The notes beneath the pieces were generated by a model. It searched no databases, was not told the origin of the DNA, and worked only from the letters and a program-made list of their open reading frames with translations. The translations under genes were made by a program, and so were the position numbers. DNA of 64,000 nucleotides from Candidatus Hydrogenedentota bacterium (lineage in GTDB: Bacteria; Hydrogenedentota; Hydrogenedentia; Hydrogenedentales; SLHB01), in the NCBI GenBank assembly GCA_036789645.1, contig DAIQLC010000002.1:22398-86397 (forward strand), read 5' to 3'. Shown here piece after piece: positions 28,334 to 37,482 of the stretch. How positions within the stretch are numbered: position 1 is the stretch's first letter; each line of letters begins with the position of its first letter.

Positions 28334-29686
28334 TCACGCCGCCGGATGCTTCCAGGGGCTTCGATAGGGGCGCAGGAGCAGTTTCGTGGCTTCCGGGTCA
28401 CCGGAGATTTCCCGCTTCACCGGGTCGTACACAAGGGTCCTGCCCGTCTTCATGGCGAGGTTGGCGAGGATGCAGCTTGCCGAGGAAATGTATCCTTCCT
28501 CGATGTCGGCGACCGGCCGTGCGGCGGTTTCGATGGCGGTCACGAAATCGAGCATATGACGCCGGGTCGCGGGGGCGGCCTGCAGTTCGATGCCCTCTTC
28601 GGTCAGATCCTCGGGGTACTGTTCGCGTTCGAACACGGCGTCTTTGTGGATGGGTTCTCCCTTGCCGCGGGGGATGAAATCGTAGCTGTTGATGCTGCCT
28701 TTGAGCGTGCCCTTGTCGCCGTAGAGAATGAATCCCCAGGGGTATGCCGGGTCGGGTGCGTCGCCCCAGGAGCGGTGCTGCCATACCACGGTAAGATCGT
28801 CGTAGGTGAACGTTGCAGCCTGAGTGTCGCTCGTGGTGGCCGCCGATCCCTTCTGCATGTAGATGCCGCCGGAAGACGCAATGCTCCTGGGCCAGCCGAG
28901 TCCAAGCATCCACCGGACGGCGTCGAACATATGGACGCCCATGTCGCCGACGATCCCGTTGCTGTATTCCATGAACGCGCGCCACCAGCCCCGATGCGGC
29001 AGGTGGTCGTAGGGGCGCAGGGGCGCGGGGCCGGTCCACATGTCGTAATCCAGAAACTCGGGCACCGGAATAGGCTCGGGGGCCTCATTGGCGCGCATGT
29101 GGTAGTAGCAGCACATGTCGACATAGGCGACCTTCCCCAGCAGGCCCGCGTCGACGATGTTTTTCTTGGCCTCAATGAGATGGGGGGTGCTTCGGCGCTG
29201 CATGCCGACCTGGACGACGCGGTTATGCCGCCGCGCGGCGTCCAGCATGGCCTCGCTTTCGCGCACGTCGACGGACGTGGGTTTCTGGACGTAGACATGG
29301 GCGCCGGCTTCGACGGCGGCGATCATGGTGAGGGCATGCCAGTGGTCCGGGGTGCCGATGAGCACGATGTCGAGGTCTTTTTCGGCGAGCATCTCTCGGT
29401 AATCGCGGTAGGTGCGCGGCGTCTTCCCCGATTTCTGGCGCTGGCTGATCAGATCCGCGGCGCCCTGGAGCATCTGGGCATCGACGTCGCAGATGGAAAT
29501 GACTTCGACGGGCGCCACCTGCATCAGTCGAAAGAGGTCGCTCTTGCCATACCAGCCCGACCCGATCAGGCCGGCGCGCCACGTCTTCTGGCTGACGACA
29601 TCCACGGCATCGGCGCCCAGCGCCGACAACGCCGCCGAAGCGGCGGCGGCCTGGAGAAATCCCCGGCGATTCATCGTGAAGCTCAT
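28334..29686 (-). CDS. Gfo/Idh/MocA family oxidoreductase, TAT-exported (second copy in the window).
   Basis: TAT motif NRRGFLQAAAASAA, Rossmann GLIGSGWYG, IGTPDHWHA, VYVQKP. Start at the ATG at 29686 (RBS gaggga 5 nt upstream); alternative ATGs at 29692 and 29674. Antisense 505-aa ORF rejected. Confidence 0.85.
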   Translation of the reverse strand: MSFTMNRRGFLQAAAASAALSALGADAVDVVSQKTWRAGLIGSGWYGKSDLFRLMQVAPVEVISICDVDAQMLQGAADLISQRQKSGKTPRTYRDYREMLAEKDLDIVLIGTPDHWHALTMIAAVEAGAHVYVQKPTSVDVRESEAMLDAARRHNRVVQVGMQRRSTPHLIEAKKNIVDAGLLGKVAYVDMCCYYHMRANEAPEPIPVPEFLDYDMWTGPAPLRPYDHLPHRGWWRAFMEYSNGIVGDMGVHMFDAVRWMLGLGWPRSIASSGGIYMQKGSAATTSDTQAATFTYDDLTVVWQHRSWGDAPDPAYPWGFILYGDKGTLKGSINSYDFIPRGKGEPIHKDAVFEREQYPEDLTEEGIELQAAPATRRHMLDFVTAIETAARPVADIEEGYISSASCILANLAMKTGRTLVYDPVKREISGDPEATKLLLRPYRSPWKHPAA

Positions 29687-29859
29687 GTCCATCCCTCGTG
29701 CATCGTGGTTGCTTTTCCAAACATGGTCAACGACCGGCTGTTGCGCGCGGCGGAAGCGGGACACGGCGTTTCGGCCGCCTCCCGGTCTTCCTGGACATTT
29801 GGCCAGAATGGCGGGACGAACGTCAACCTTTCGGAGCCGCGACCGCGGCAGCGGACATG

Positions 29860-31005
29860 CTAGAGGTTGGCCAGGGCCTGACGGATGTCCTTGGTCAGGA
29901 CGTCCGGCGGTTCGATGCCGACGGAGAGTCGGACCGTGTTGGGGCGCACTCCGAACACCGAGCGGCGTTCCTCCGGGAGATAGAGCATGGTGGTCAGATG
30001 GGGGATGCAGATCAGCGACTCCGTCGAGCCCAGGCTCACGGCGTGATAGATGCGCTTGAGCGAGCAGATGAACTTCTTGGCGTCTTCCTGGTCGTGCCCG
30101 ACGTCGAACGACATCATGCCGCCGAAACCGCGGTGCATCTGGCGCGCGGCGATTTCGTGGCCGGGGTGCGAGGGAAGGCCCGGATAGAACAGGCGGGAGA
30201 TCTTGGGGTGTCCCTCGAGGTGTTGGGCGATGGTCATGGCGTTGCTGGCCATTTTTTCGGCCCGCAATTCGAAGGTTTTCAGGCCGCGTTCCAGCAGGGA
30301 GGCCGAATAGGCGTCGAGGGTGGTTCCAATTGCCTGGCGGGTGAACCAGAGGTTGTTGTAGTGTTCTTTAGACGCGGCGATCGCGCCCGCCATGAGATCG
30401 TTGTGGCCGCCCAGCCCCTTGGTCGCGCTGTGAATGACGAGGTCGGCGCCGAGTTCGAGCGGGCGCGTGTGGTAGGGTGTCGCAAACGTGTTGTCGACGC
30501 ATACCAGGATGTCTTCCCGGCCGGCGGCTTTCCGGATGCCGGCGATATCGACCACTTTGCACAGGGGATTGCTCGGCGTTTCGAGCAGGATCATCTTTGT
30601 CTCGGGACGGATATGGGCCTTGACGCCCGCGCTGTCGTCGGCGTCGAGCCACGTGATGTTGATGCCCATCCGCTCGAGAATCAGCGACACCTTGTAATGC
30701 GCGCCGTAAATGTCATGAAACAGGATCACATGGTCGCCGGCGCTCAGGTAGGTCAGGTAGACGAGGGTGCAGGCCGCCATGCCCGAAGTGCAGACGATGC
30801 AGTCCTCCGCGTTTTCCATCGCGGCGAGGAGCTGTTCGACTTTCCGGACGGTGGGATTGTCGTCGCGGTGATAGGTGTACCCGTCCATTTCGCCGTCGGT
30901 GATCTGGCGCAACACTTCAAAAGACGCGTATTCATAATTCACGGCATTGACGATGGGCGTGACCATCGGCCTGTTGCCATAGGGAGTCAAGGGATCCGGG
31001 CACAT
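29860..31005 (-). CDS. PLP-dependent transsulfuration enzyme (cystathionine gamma-synthase / beta-lyase / methionine gamma-lyase family).
   Basis: SATKGLGGHNDLMAG (PLP-Lys) and the fold-type I Cys/Met-metabolism pattern. RBS aaggag 9 nt before the ATG at 31005. Antisense 511-aa ORF rejected. Confidence 0.85.
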   Translation of the reverse strand: MCPDPLTPYGNRPMVTPIVNAVNYEYASFEVLRQITDGEMDGYTYHRDDNPTVRKVEQLLAAMENAEDCIVCTSGMAACTLVYLTYLSAGDHVILFHDIYGAHYKVSLILERMGINITWLDADDSAGVKAHIRPETKMILLETPSNPLCKVVDIAGIRKAAGREDILVCVDNTFATPYHTRPLELGADLVIHSATKGLGGHNDLMAGAIAASKEHYNNLWFTRQAIGTTLDAYSASLLERGLKTFELRAEKMASNAMTIAQHLEGHPKISRLFYPGLPSHPGHEIAARQMHRGFGGMMSFDVGHDQEDAKKFICSLKRIYHAVSLGSTESLICIPHLTTMLYLPEERRSVFGVRPNTVRLSVGIEPPDVLTKDIRQALANL

Positions 31006-31316
31006 TGCAACTACTCCTTGGTAGATAGTTTCTGGCGTTGCCGCGGCCCTGAGCGGAAATCCGCGGACTACGCCACCTGGGGCGCGTTTCCCCGCACGGG
31101 ATCCCGTGAAGGAGGGTTCATCCTGAACACCGTCGGGAAATACCAGTGGTCCTGCGCAGCTTGCGTGGCGACGGGCAACTTCGCGCGGGCGGCGTCACCC
31201 TGTCCCCCGAATTGGGAAACGACCCAGCCTTGAACGCGATTATGCGCTGGCCGAAGGCGCCGCCGCAAGTCGGATGCAGCGCGCCGGGGAGCGGCCGGCT
31301 TCCGTGCAGGCAACGA

Positions 31317-32258
31317 CTATCTCGCTGGATTCTCCTGGGTGCCGGAGGCCGCGTTGCCGGACGCGACCGTTTTCGGGAAGAAGAGGTCCACGGCGCGGTG
31401 CATGGTGTACATGCGATACTGCTGGCCGTCGTGCACCAGAATGCCGCTCGAGTGGTCCGGCGCAATGATGGGGTTTCCGGCATACTTCTCCCAGTGAACC
31501 AGGTCGGGCGATGCCGCGACGCACATGGTCCAGCGGTCCCGCCCATTTTCCGGGCACGTGGCGTGGTAGTAGGCGTAGTAGCGGCCGTTGTGTTTCACAA
31601 TCTGGTTGAGCGCGATCATGGTGACATCGTACGGTTCCGGACCGGGCCGGAGCACGGGTTCGTCCTGGATGTTGGTCCACACGCGCAGGTCTTTCGAGGT
31701 GGCCACCCACACGGCTTCGTCATTGCGCTCGTAGAAGAGGTACCAGGTTCCGTCTTCATACAACGCCGCGGGCGTGCCGAAGGGGCCCGGTTCGAGCGGT
31801 TCGCCGTTCACTTTGCGGATGTCGATGACCCCCTGGCGGGTCCAATGCAGGCGATCGGCGGAGGTCAGCAGGTGGGCCTGGTCGTCCTTGCCTTCAGCGA
31901 ACATGTAGTACGTCGGGCCGAGTTTCACGACCATCATGTCTTCCACCCAGTGCTCGGAATAGATGGGGTTTCCGGGATGGCGGGTCCACGAAATGCCGTC
32001 GGGGGAGGTCGCGTATCCCAGTTTCATGGTCTGGGCATCCCCGGGCTGGTAGCCGGTGTACCAGAGGTGATAGGCGCCGTCTTCTCGGAGAATCCAGCCG
32101 CGCTCACGGATGGCGGCGTCCCAGCATTCCGGGCCGCCGGGCTGAAACACGGGGTTGTTCTGATAGGGGATAAACTCCGTGATTTCAGGGGGAAACGGTT
32201 GGACCGCGTTTCCGGCGAGCAGGGATGCGAGGAAAACCGGAATGCTCAGATAAGGCAT
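31317..32258 (-). CDS. Secreted five-bladed beta-propeller glycosidase/phosphorylase (GH43 / GH130-like).
   Basis: Signal peptide MPYLSIPVFLASLLAGNA. Propeller-type motifs NPVFQPG, WYTGY, LGYATSPDGISWTRHPGNPI. RBS ggaggag before the ATG at 32258. Confidence 0.7.
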   Translation of the reverse strand: MPYLSIPVFLASLLAGNAVQPFPPEITEFIPYQNNPVFQPGGPECWDAAIRERGWILREDGAYHLWYTGYQPGDAQTMKLGYATSPDGISWTRHPGNPIYSEHWVEDMMVVKLGPTYYMFAEGKDDQAHLLTSADRLHWTRQGVIDIRKVNGEPLEPGPFGTPAALYEDGTWYLFYERNDEAVWVATSKDLRVWTNIQDEPVLRPGPEPYDVTMIALNQIVKHNGRYYAYYHATCPENGRDRWTMCVAASPDLVHWEKYAGNPIIAPDHSSGILVHDGQQYRMYTMHRAVDLFFPKTVASGNAASGTQENPAR

Positions 32259-32415
32259 GATACGAACTCCTCCGCCTGCCGGATCCGCACAGGGTCATCC
32301 GGCGTTAGTGCGCGATTGCGTGGTTGTCTTGCGCCGCAGGCATGGCCAGCGCGGCGATTATGGCCCGGCCCGTGAAGGCGTTGCAACACGGGGCGGCGGG
32401 CTCAGGGTTCCCGGT

Positions 32416-35184
32416 TTATGGCTGCGCAACGGCGTCGGGCGCATTCCAGGCCCGGGCAACGGCGGTGAAGTGCGTCTCGGTCTGGCCTTCGGGGATGCGA
32501 ATGCGCAGACGGACTTTCCGGCGTTCGCCCGGCTCGAGCCAGAATCCGGCATCGTCGGCCACGTAGCGGAGATTCCCCGGAACATGAATGCGAGTCATGA
32601 CCGCCGGCCGGGCGCCGGTATTGCACACCTCCGCTTCGAGGGTAGCCCGCCGGTCCGATTCCCGCTCCGAGCGCAACAGCGCCACCGAAAGCTGCGTGTC
32701 GAAGGCGGCCACCTGCGGCCGCATCCAGGGGCCGTCGGTGAGCATCAGGCCGGGCGCCGGTTTCTCCCGGTACGCGGCCCGGAATGCCGCATCCTCCAGC
32801 TGGGGCGGACACCGGAAGGTGTACACATTTCGGGCGACCACGGAGTCTGACGCGTCTGTCAATTCCAGCACGACAAAGAAGAAGGCCCTCGCCGCATCGT
32901 CCGGAACCTCGAACGCCAGCTCCGGCCCGGGCGCCGCCTCGGTCAACGAGCCGGCGTCGCCCATCGATGTTGCCTCAATCGGCAGAGCCTTCCAATCGCG
33001 GCGCGTTGTCAGGTCGCTGCCCACGAGGCGGGCATGTACGCGCAGGCCGCCGTCGAGCGGGCGGTCCGTCAGCACATGCACCGGCATCGTGACCGGTTCC
33101 CCCGCGACGTAGTTGAGGTGCGGGGGCTGCAGACAGGGCCATGGACTGGAATACGCCCGTTTCACCTCGTAGTAAACCTGGGAGGGCTGGCCAAAACCGT
33201 CGACGATCTGAATGGCCACGACGGGCCAGGGGCGTTTCCAGACCCAGAAGAGCAGCCCCCCGTTCGTGGGATAGGCGTGGCGGGCCGCCTCGGCGGAGAT
33301 CTTGTAGAATTCGCCCGCCCCCGCGGCAACGGCCTCGGTGAAGCGTTCGAGATCCGCCTGGGCGAGATTGTCGAATGCGGATCCTCGCGACAACATCTGG
33401 GGCAGGCGGCTGGGCAGGAATTCCACCCAGTGATAGGTGATGTCGGGAAACTGTTCCGCCATGAGTTTCTCGTCCATTTTCAGTAGGACCGGCCCCATGG
33501 GGGTTTTCAGCTCCGCCTCCCGGACAATTTCGGTGTACGTCTGATACGACGGCATCCCGTGGCTGCCCCATTCGCTGACGAACGGCGCGCTGTTGAGGTC
33601 GCTGCGCCAGCCCCACGAAGCATCCCATTGGGGGTATCCATGGATGTCGCCCTCGTCGGGCGAGGCCGCCATGAAGGGGCGGGTGCCATCCAGGATTCGC
33701 GTGTATCTGCGGCAGAGGCCCACCAGGTCCGCGTTCGCCTCGTGGTCGGGAGGAAACTCGTTCCCCCCGCACCAGAACGCGAGCGACGGATGGTTGCGGA
33801 GCCGGAAAATGGCCCATTGAACCGTGTTCTTCCACACTTCGCGATTCACCCCGGCCGCGCGCCATCCGCAGGTGAGCGGAAAGTCCTGCCAGACCAGGAT
33901 GCCGAACCGGTCGCAGTACTCGTAGAAGATGTCCGGTTCGATGATGCCGCCGCCCCAGACCCGGATCATCTGGATGCCCGCGTCGCGCGCCATGGAAAGC
34001 GCCCATTCGTACTGCTCGGGACGCACATCCGCCAGGGCATCGATGGGCATCCAGTTCATCCCTTTAACAAAGAACGGACGGTTGTTGATGTGAAACACCC
34101 AGCCGTTGTCCGCGTACTCGTGGCGGACCGGCATCCGTTGTTTCCGTTCGATGGTGCGGATGCCGAAGCGCACGACAAGACGGTCAAGCACGGTTTCGCC
34201 CCGTCGCAGGAGCAGCTCTGCCTGGTACATCGGCTGTCCGCCCATGCCCACCGGCCACCACAGCCGCGGATGGGGAACGTCGAGGTCGAGCTCGACCAGA
34301 TTCAGGCCCGGGCGGGGCGTCACGGATACCGTGTGCGTAGCCACGCCGGCCGGGGCCCCGTCCGCGGACACACTGACCGTCACGTCGCACGCGGCCTCGC
34401 CCTCGCGCACGGTGAGGAGCTCGACCGTGGCGCGTATGCGGGCCGCGTCGTCCCCGAGCCCGGTCGTGCGGACAAACGGCCGTTCAAGGCACGGAAAATC
34501 GTTTGAGAGCAGCCGGAGGGGTTGCCACAGCCCGACGGTGTTCATGTCGTAGGCGCCCAGCTTCCAGCCCGACCACAACTCGGACTTAACGAGGGACGCC
34601 GGGGCCGCGCCGCCTTCTTTTCCAAGCTTGTAGCCGGCGCAGTCCACGCGCACGACGATTTCGTTCTTTTCACCGAACCGGAGGTTGTGCACGATAAACC
34701 GGGTGTTGCCGAACGCGCCCTCGCCTCGACCGAGATAGATGCCGTTCAGCCAATAGTGGCCGTAGTAGTCCGTACCTTCCGCGCACAGGCGGATGTGCTC
34801 GGCGCGAAAGTCCGGTGGAACGTGAAAGCGTTTCCGGTACCACCAGGACTTGTCCTCGACCCAGCGCATTGCCGCGGCGTTCTGGCCTGCGTAGGGGTGC
34901 GGCGCTTTGCCCGCGCGGTACAGCGCCCAGTGCGCCTCGGCGGGCAGCTCCGCCTCAAACCAGTCAAGCGCATCCAGTCCCTCAGGCAGGGTGGTTGCGG
35001 CGTCCGGATCCGTCCAGGCGACGTTCCATACGCCGTCGAGGACAATCTGGTTCTCCCGCGGCCAGGGATAGCGCCACTCTGTCGCGAGTCCGGGCGTGTC
35101 CTCGCCGGCGGCCGCCAGAAATCCGAAGTGCAGCGCCAGCGCCAACAGTCCGATGCGCACCATGAGTCCTCGATTCATCGCCAT
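32416..35184 (-). CDS. Glycoside hydrolase family 2 (beta-mannosidase / beta-galactosidase-like), secreted.
   Basis: GH2 sugar-binding, Ig-like and TIM-barrel order. Catalytic-region motif WCGGNEFPPD. Signal peptide MAMNRGLMVRIGLLALALHFGFLAAAG. RBS ggaggag before the ATG at 35184. Confidence 0.85.
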   Translation of the reverse strand: MAMNRGLMVRIGLLALALHFGFLAAAGEDTPGLATEWRYPWPRENQIVLDGVWNVAWTDPDAATTLPEGLDALDWFEAELPAEAHWALYRAGKAPHPYAGQNAAAMRWVEDKSWWYRKRFHVPPDFRAEHIRLCAEGTDYYGHYWLNGIYLGRGEGAFGNTRFIVHNLRFGEKNEIVVRVDCAGYKLGKEGGAAPASLVKSELWSGWKLGAYDMNTVGLWQPLRLLSNDFPCLERPFVRTTGLGDDAARIRATVELLTVREGEAACDVTVSVSADGAPAGVATHTVSVTPRPGLNLVELDLDVPHPRLWWPVGMGGQPMYQAELLLRRGETVLDRLVVRFGIRTIERKQRMPVRHEYADNGWVFHINNRPFFVKGMNWMPIDALADVRPEQYEWALSMARDAGIQMIRVWGGGIIEPDIFYEYCDRFGILVWQDFPLTCGWRAAGVNREVWKNTVQWAIFRLRNHPSLAFWCGGNEFPPDHEANADLVGLCRRYTRILDGTRPFMAASPDEGDIHGYPQWDASWGWRSDLNSAPFVSEWGSHGMPSYQTYTEIVREAELKTPMGPVLLKMDEKLMAEQFPDITYHWVEFLPSRLPQMLSRGSAFDNLAQADLERFTEAVAAGAGEFYKISAEAARHAYPTNGGLLFWVWKRPWPVVAIQIVDGFGQPSQVYYEVKRAYSSPWPCLQPPHLNYVAGEPVTMPVHVLTDRPLDGGLRVHARLVGSDLTTRRDWKALPIEATSMGDAGSLTEAAPGPELAFEVPDDAARAFFFVVLELTDASDSVVARNVYTFRCPPQLEDAAFRAAYREKPAPGLMLTDGPWMRPQVAAFDTQLSVALLRSERESDRRATLEAEVCNTGARPAVMTRIHVPGNLRYVADDAGFWLEPGERRKVRLRIRIPEGQTETHFTAVARAWNAPDAVAQP

Positions 35185-35288
35185 GCCCTCCTCCAACTCT
35201 GTGAGCCCGATGGTATCGAAGGGCAGTTCGTGAAACAACCGCCCGCCTGGCGCGCGTGATCCCACGCCGGACGGCCCCGCAGGGGACT

Positions 35289-35308
35289 TCGATGCGTTGC
35301 CGCATCGA
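35289..35308. promoter_or_regulatory. Palindrome tcgatgcg-ttgc-cgcatcga in the divergent intergenic region between the GH2 gene and the DUF1080 gene.
   Basis: 8-bp perfect arms with a 4-nt spacer. Location and symmetry are consistent with a dimeric regulator operator. Confidence 0.25.
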
Positions 35309-35433
35309 TTTGGGCAGGCGGGACTTTGTTTGAAGCCGGAAGGATTCGGGGTTATGCTGCCTGGCGGCGAAGTTCCCGGAGAGCATTACTGCCGGGCATC
35401 GGACAACCAAATGTGCCACAGGAGAGACTGCTC

Positions 35434-36102
35434 ATGAAACGCATGGTCGTGCTTGCGATGGTTTCAGGTTGGGTTGTAGTCGGATGTCTGGCAAACGCGA
35501 ATGCGGGGCAGGCGGCGGACACGGTCGCCGGTCCGGCCGTTCCACTGTTCAACGGGAAGGATTTGGATGGCTGGCACATGTATTTGAAGGATCCGGACGT
35601 TGACCCGAAGACCGTGTGGGACGTTCGCGACGGCGCGATCTGGTGCAAAGGCGAGCCGTTCGGGTACCTGCGCACGAAACAGGAATACGGTAATTTTAAG
35701 CTCGTCGTGGAGTGGCGGTGGCCCGGCGAGCCCGCCAACAGCGGCGTGCTCGTGCGCATCAGCGGGGAAGACAAGGTCTGGCCGTTGAGCATGGAAGCGC
35801 AGTTGAAACATGAACAGGCCGGGGACGTCGTCGGAATGGGCTGTGATTTCAACGAGAACACGCGTCCTGCCGGCGAGTTTTTCCGGGTCGCATCCCGACA
35901 GAACCCCAGCAGCGAGAAGAAACCGGGCGAATGGAACACTTACGAGATCACCTGCAAAGGCGACACGCTTGAACTGCGTGTGAACGGCCAGCTTCAGAAC
36001 AAGGCGACCGGCATGCAGGTTCCCGCGAAGGGGTACATCGGCCTGCAGAGCGAAGGCGGGCCCATCATGTTCCGGAACATCAAGCTGACGCTGCTTCCCT
36101 GA
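35434..36102 (+). CDS. DUF1080 / 3-keto-disaccharide hydrolase family protein (LamG-like jelly roll), secreted.
   Basis: Signal peptide MKRMVVLAMVSGWVVVGCLANANA. Family pattern NGKDLDGW...GAIWCKG...GYLRTKQEYGNFKLVVEWR...NSGVLVR...GYIGLQSEGGPIMFRNIKL. RBS aggagag. Confidence 0.8.
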   Translation: MKRMVVLAMVSGWVVVGCLANANAGQAADTVAGPAVPLFNGKDLDGWHMYLKDPDVDPKTVWDVRDGAIWCKGEPFGYLRTKQEYGNFKLVVEWRWPGEPANSGVLVRISGEDKVWPLSMEAQLKHEQAGDVVGMGCDFNENTRPAGEFFRVASRQNPSSEKKPGEWNTYEITCKGDTLELRVNGQLQNKATGMQVPAKGYIGLQSEGGPIMFRNIKLTLLP

Positions 36103-36129
36103 TGTCCGCGCAGGCCAGATGCCGCCCGG

Positions 36130-37425
36130 TCAGCGTTCCGCCTCTTCCATGGCGAGCGCGGTCCATTCCCATAATCGCTGGGGATGATAGCGCACGGTGG
36201 AGACGTCTTTCATAATGAGTTCGACGTGGCATTGCCCCCCGGCCGCGTCGAGAAAGGCGCGGATGTTCTTTCTCGCCTGAACGGGATCCCATTGGGTTTC
36301 GGCGAGAATGGCGGGATTGGGCTTGTGGCTTATGACGTAGTCCCTGCCGATTTCGTTGACGGCCCGCTCCGGGTTGCACCAGGGGCTGACGGAGATCTTG
36401 CGGAGGTTGGGGATGCGCCGGAGCATGTCGATCTTCCCGTCGAGCGGTTCGCAGCAACCATAGTAGGTCAGGCCCCAGCGTGTGAGCCAGCGCAGGTCGT
36501 GCTCGACAGCAAATGCCCAGTGCATGTCCGGCGAGACGTCGGAGAAGATCTGGGCGTTCGAACAGCCCCACATGTTGTGCGGCTTCACGTGTTCCGGCTC
36601 GAAGCGGGGCCCTGGCAAGGCGCTCACATACCCGTATCCTCCTGAGCCGACGCGGGTATTGTTGCAGTCCAGGGAAAGCAGGTTCTGCTCGACGAACTGA
36701 TCCAGCTCGGCCATCCAGGCGTCGACCATGCGGTCGACGGCCGCGTGCACCATATCCGGGCGCGCAATGATGTCGAGCATGGCTTCCTGAACCCCCCACC
36801 ATCGGATGAGGTAGTCCCACGGCGTGAACCAGATGTGGGTTTGTCCGGATTTCCTGACGGGCATGATGCCATCATAAACCTCGCACATGGCCTGATAACG
36901 GATTTCGGTGGCCTTTTCGTCATGGGTGACGACAGGCATGCGGATCTTCTGGATGTCTTCGGGTTCCTTGATGAGGATCTTGAAATGGCGCGAGCAGATG
37001 TCGCTCGTCTCGTCCATTTTGATGGTGTCCACATCTTCGATGATGCCGAAATCGGTGCTGTGAATGGCCAGAGGGCACGTCAAGAATCCGTCGACGATCA
37101 TGTCGCCGGGAAGGTGGCGCCATTGGTAGAGGAGCCGCCGGAGACCGCGTTCCTGGTCCTGCGCCCAGGGATGCCGCGTGCGCAGTGTAAGCTCGTCGCC
37201 GACGTTCATCTCGTTCCAGCAGATCTCGTTGACCCACACCATGGGGCGGGCGCTGTCGAGGTCATTCAATCGGCGCCAGAGCGCCGCCTTTTCCTCGTGC
37301 ACGGGGAGGGCGGCGATCTCCGCGACCTCGCCCGCCAGAGCGCGCAGGACGGCCTTGTCCCGGGCGGGCAGGCGGATTTCCTCGACGACCGCGGGCGGTT
37401 CATAGTGGCTTGGATCGTGCAGCAT
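36130..37425 (-). CDS. Hypothetical cytoplasmic enzyme, possibly uroporphyrinogen-decarboxylase-like (URO-D/MtaA-type) barrel; last gene of the ABC operon.
   Basis: RBS agggag before the ATG at 37425. No signal peptide. The assignment rests on overall resemblance to URO-D-family proteins (uncertain). Confidence 0.5.
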   Translation of the reverse strand: MLHDPSHYEPPAVVEEIRLPARDKAVLRALAGEVAEIAALPVHEEKAALWRRLNDLDSARPMVWVNEICWNEMNVGDELTLRTRHPWAQDQERGLRRLLYQWRHLPGDMIVDGFLTCPLAIHSTDFGIIEDVDTIKMDETSDICSRHFKILIKEPEDIQKIRMPVVTHDEKATEIRYQAMCEVYDGIMPVRKSGQTHIWFTPWDYLIRWWGVQEAMLDIIARPDMVHAAVDRMVDAWMAELDQFVEQNLLSLDCNNTRVGSGGYGYVSALPGPRFEPEHVKPHNMWGCSNAQIFSDVSPDMHWAFAVEHDLRWLTRWGLTYYGCCEPLDGKIDMLRRIPNLRKISVSPWCNPERAVNEIGRDYVISHKPNPAILAETQWDPVQARKNIRAFLDAAGGQCHVELIMKDVSTVRYHPQRLWEWTALAMEEAER

Positions 37426-37482
37426 GTCCTGGCTCCCTGGCGCGGAGTGCGGGTTACACCCAGCGACCGCGTCTGTCCTCGA

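Noticed and set aside
28346-31233. Plus-strand ORFs of 505 aa and 511 aa
   Set aside because: Antisense of the TAT Gfo/Idh/MocA gene and the PLP transsulfuration gene, both of which have catalytic motifs and good RBSs.
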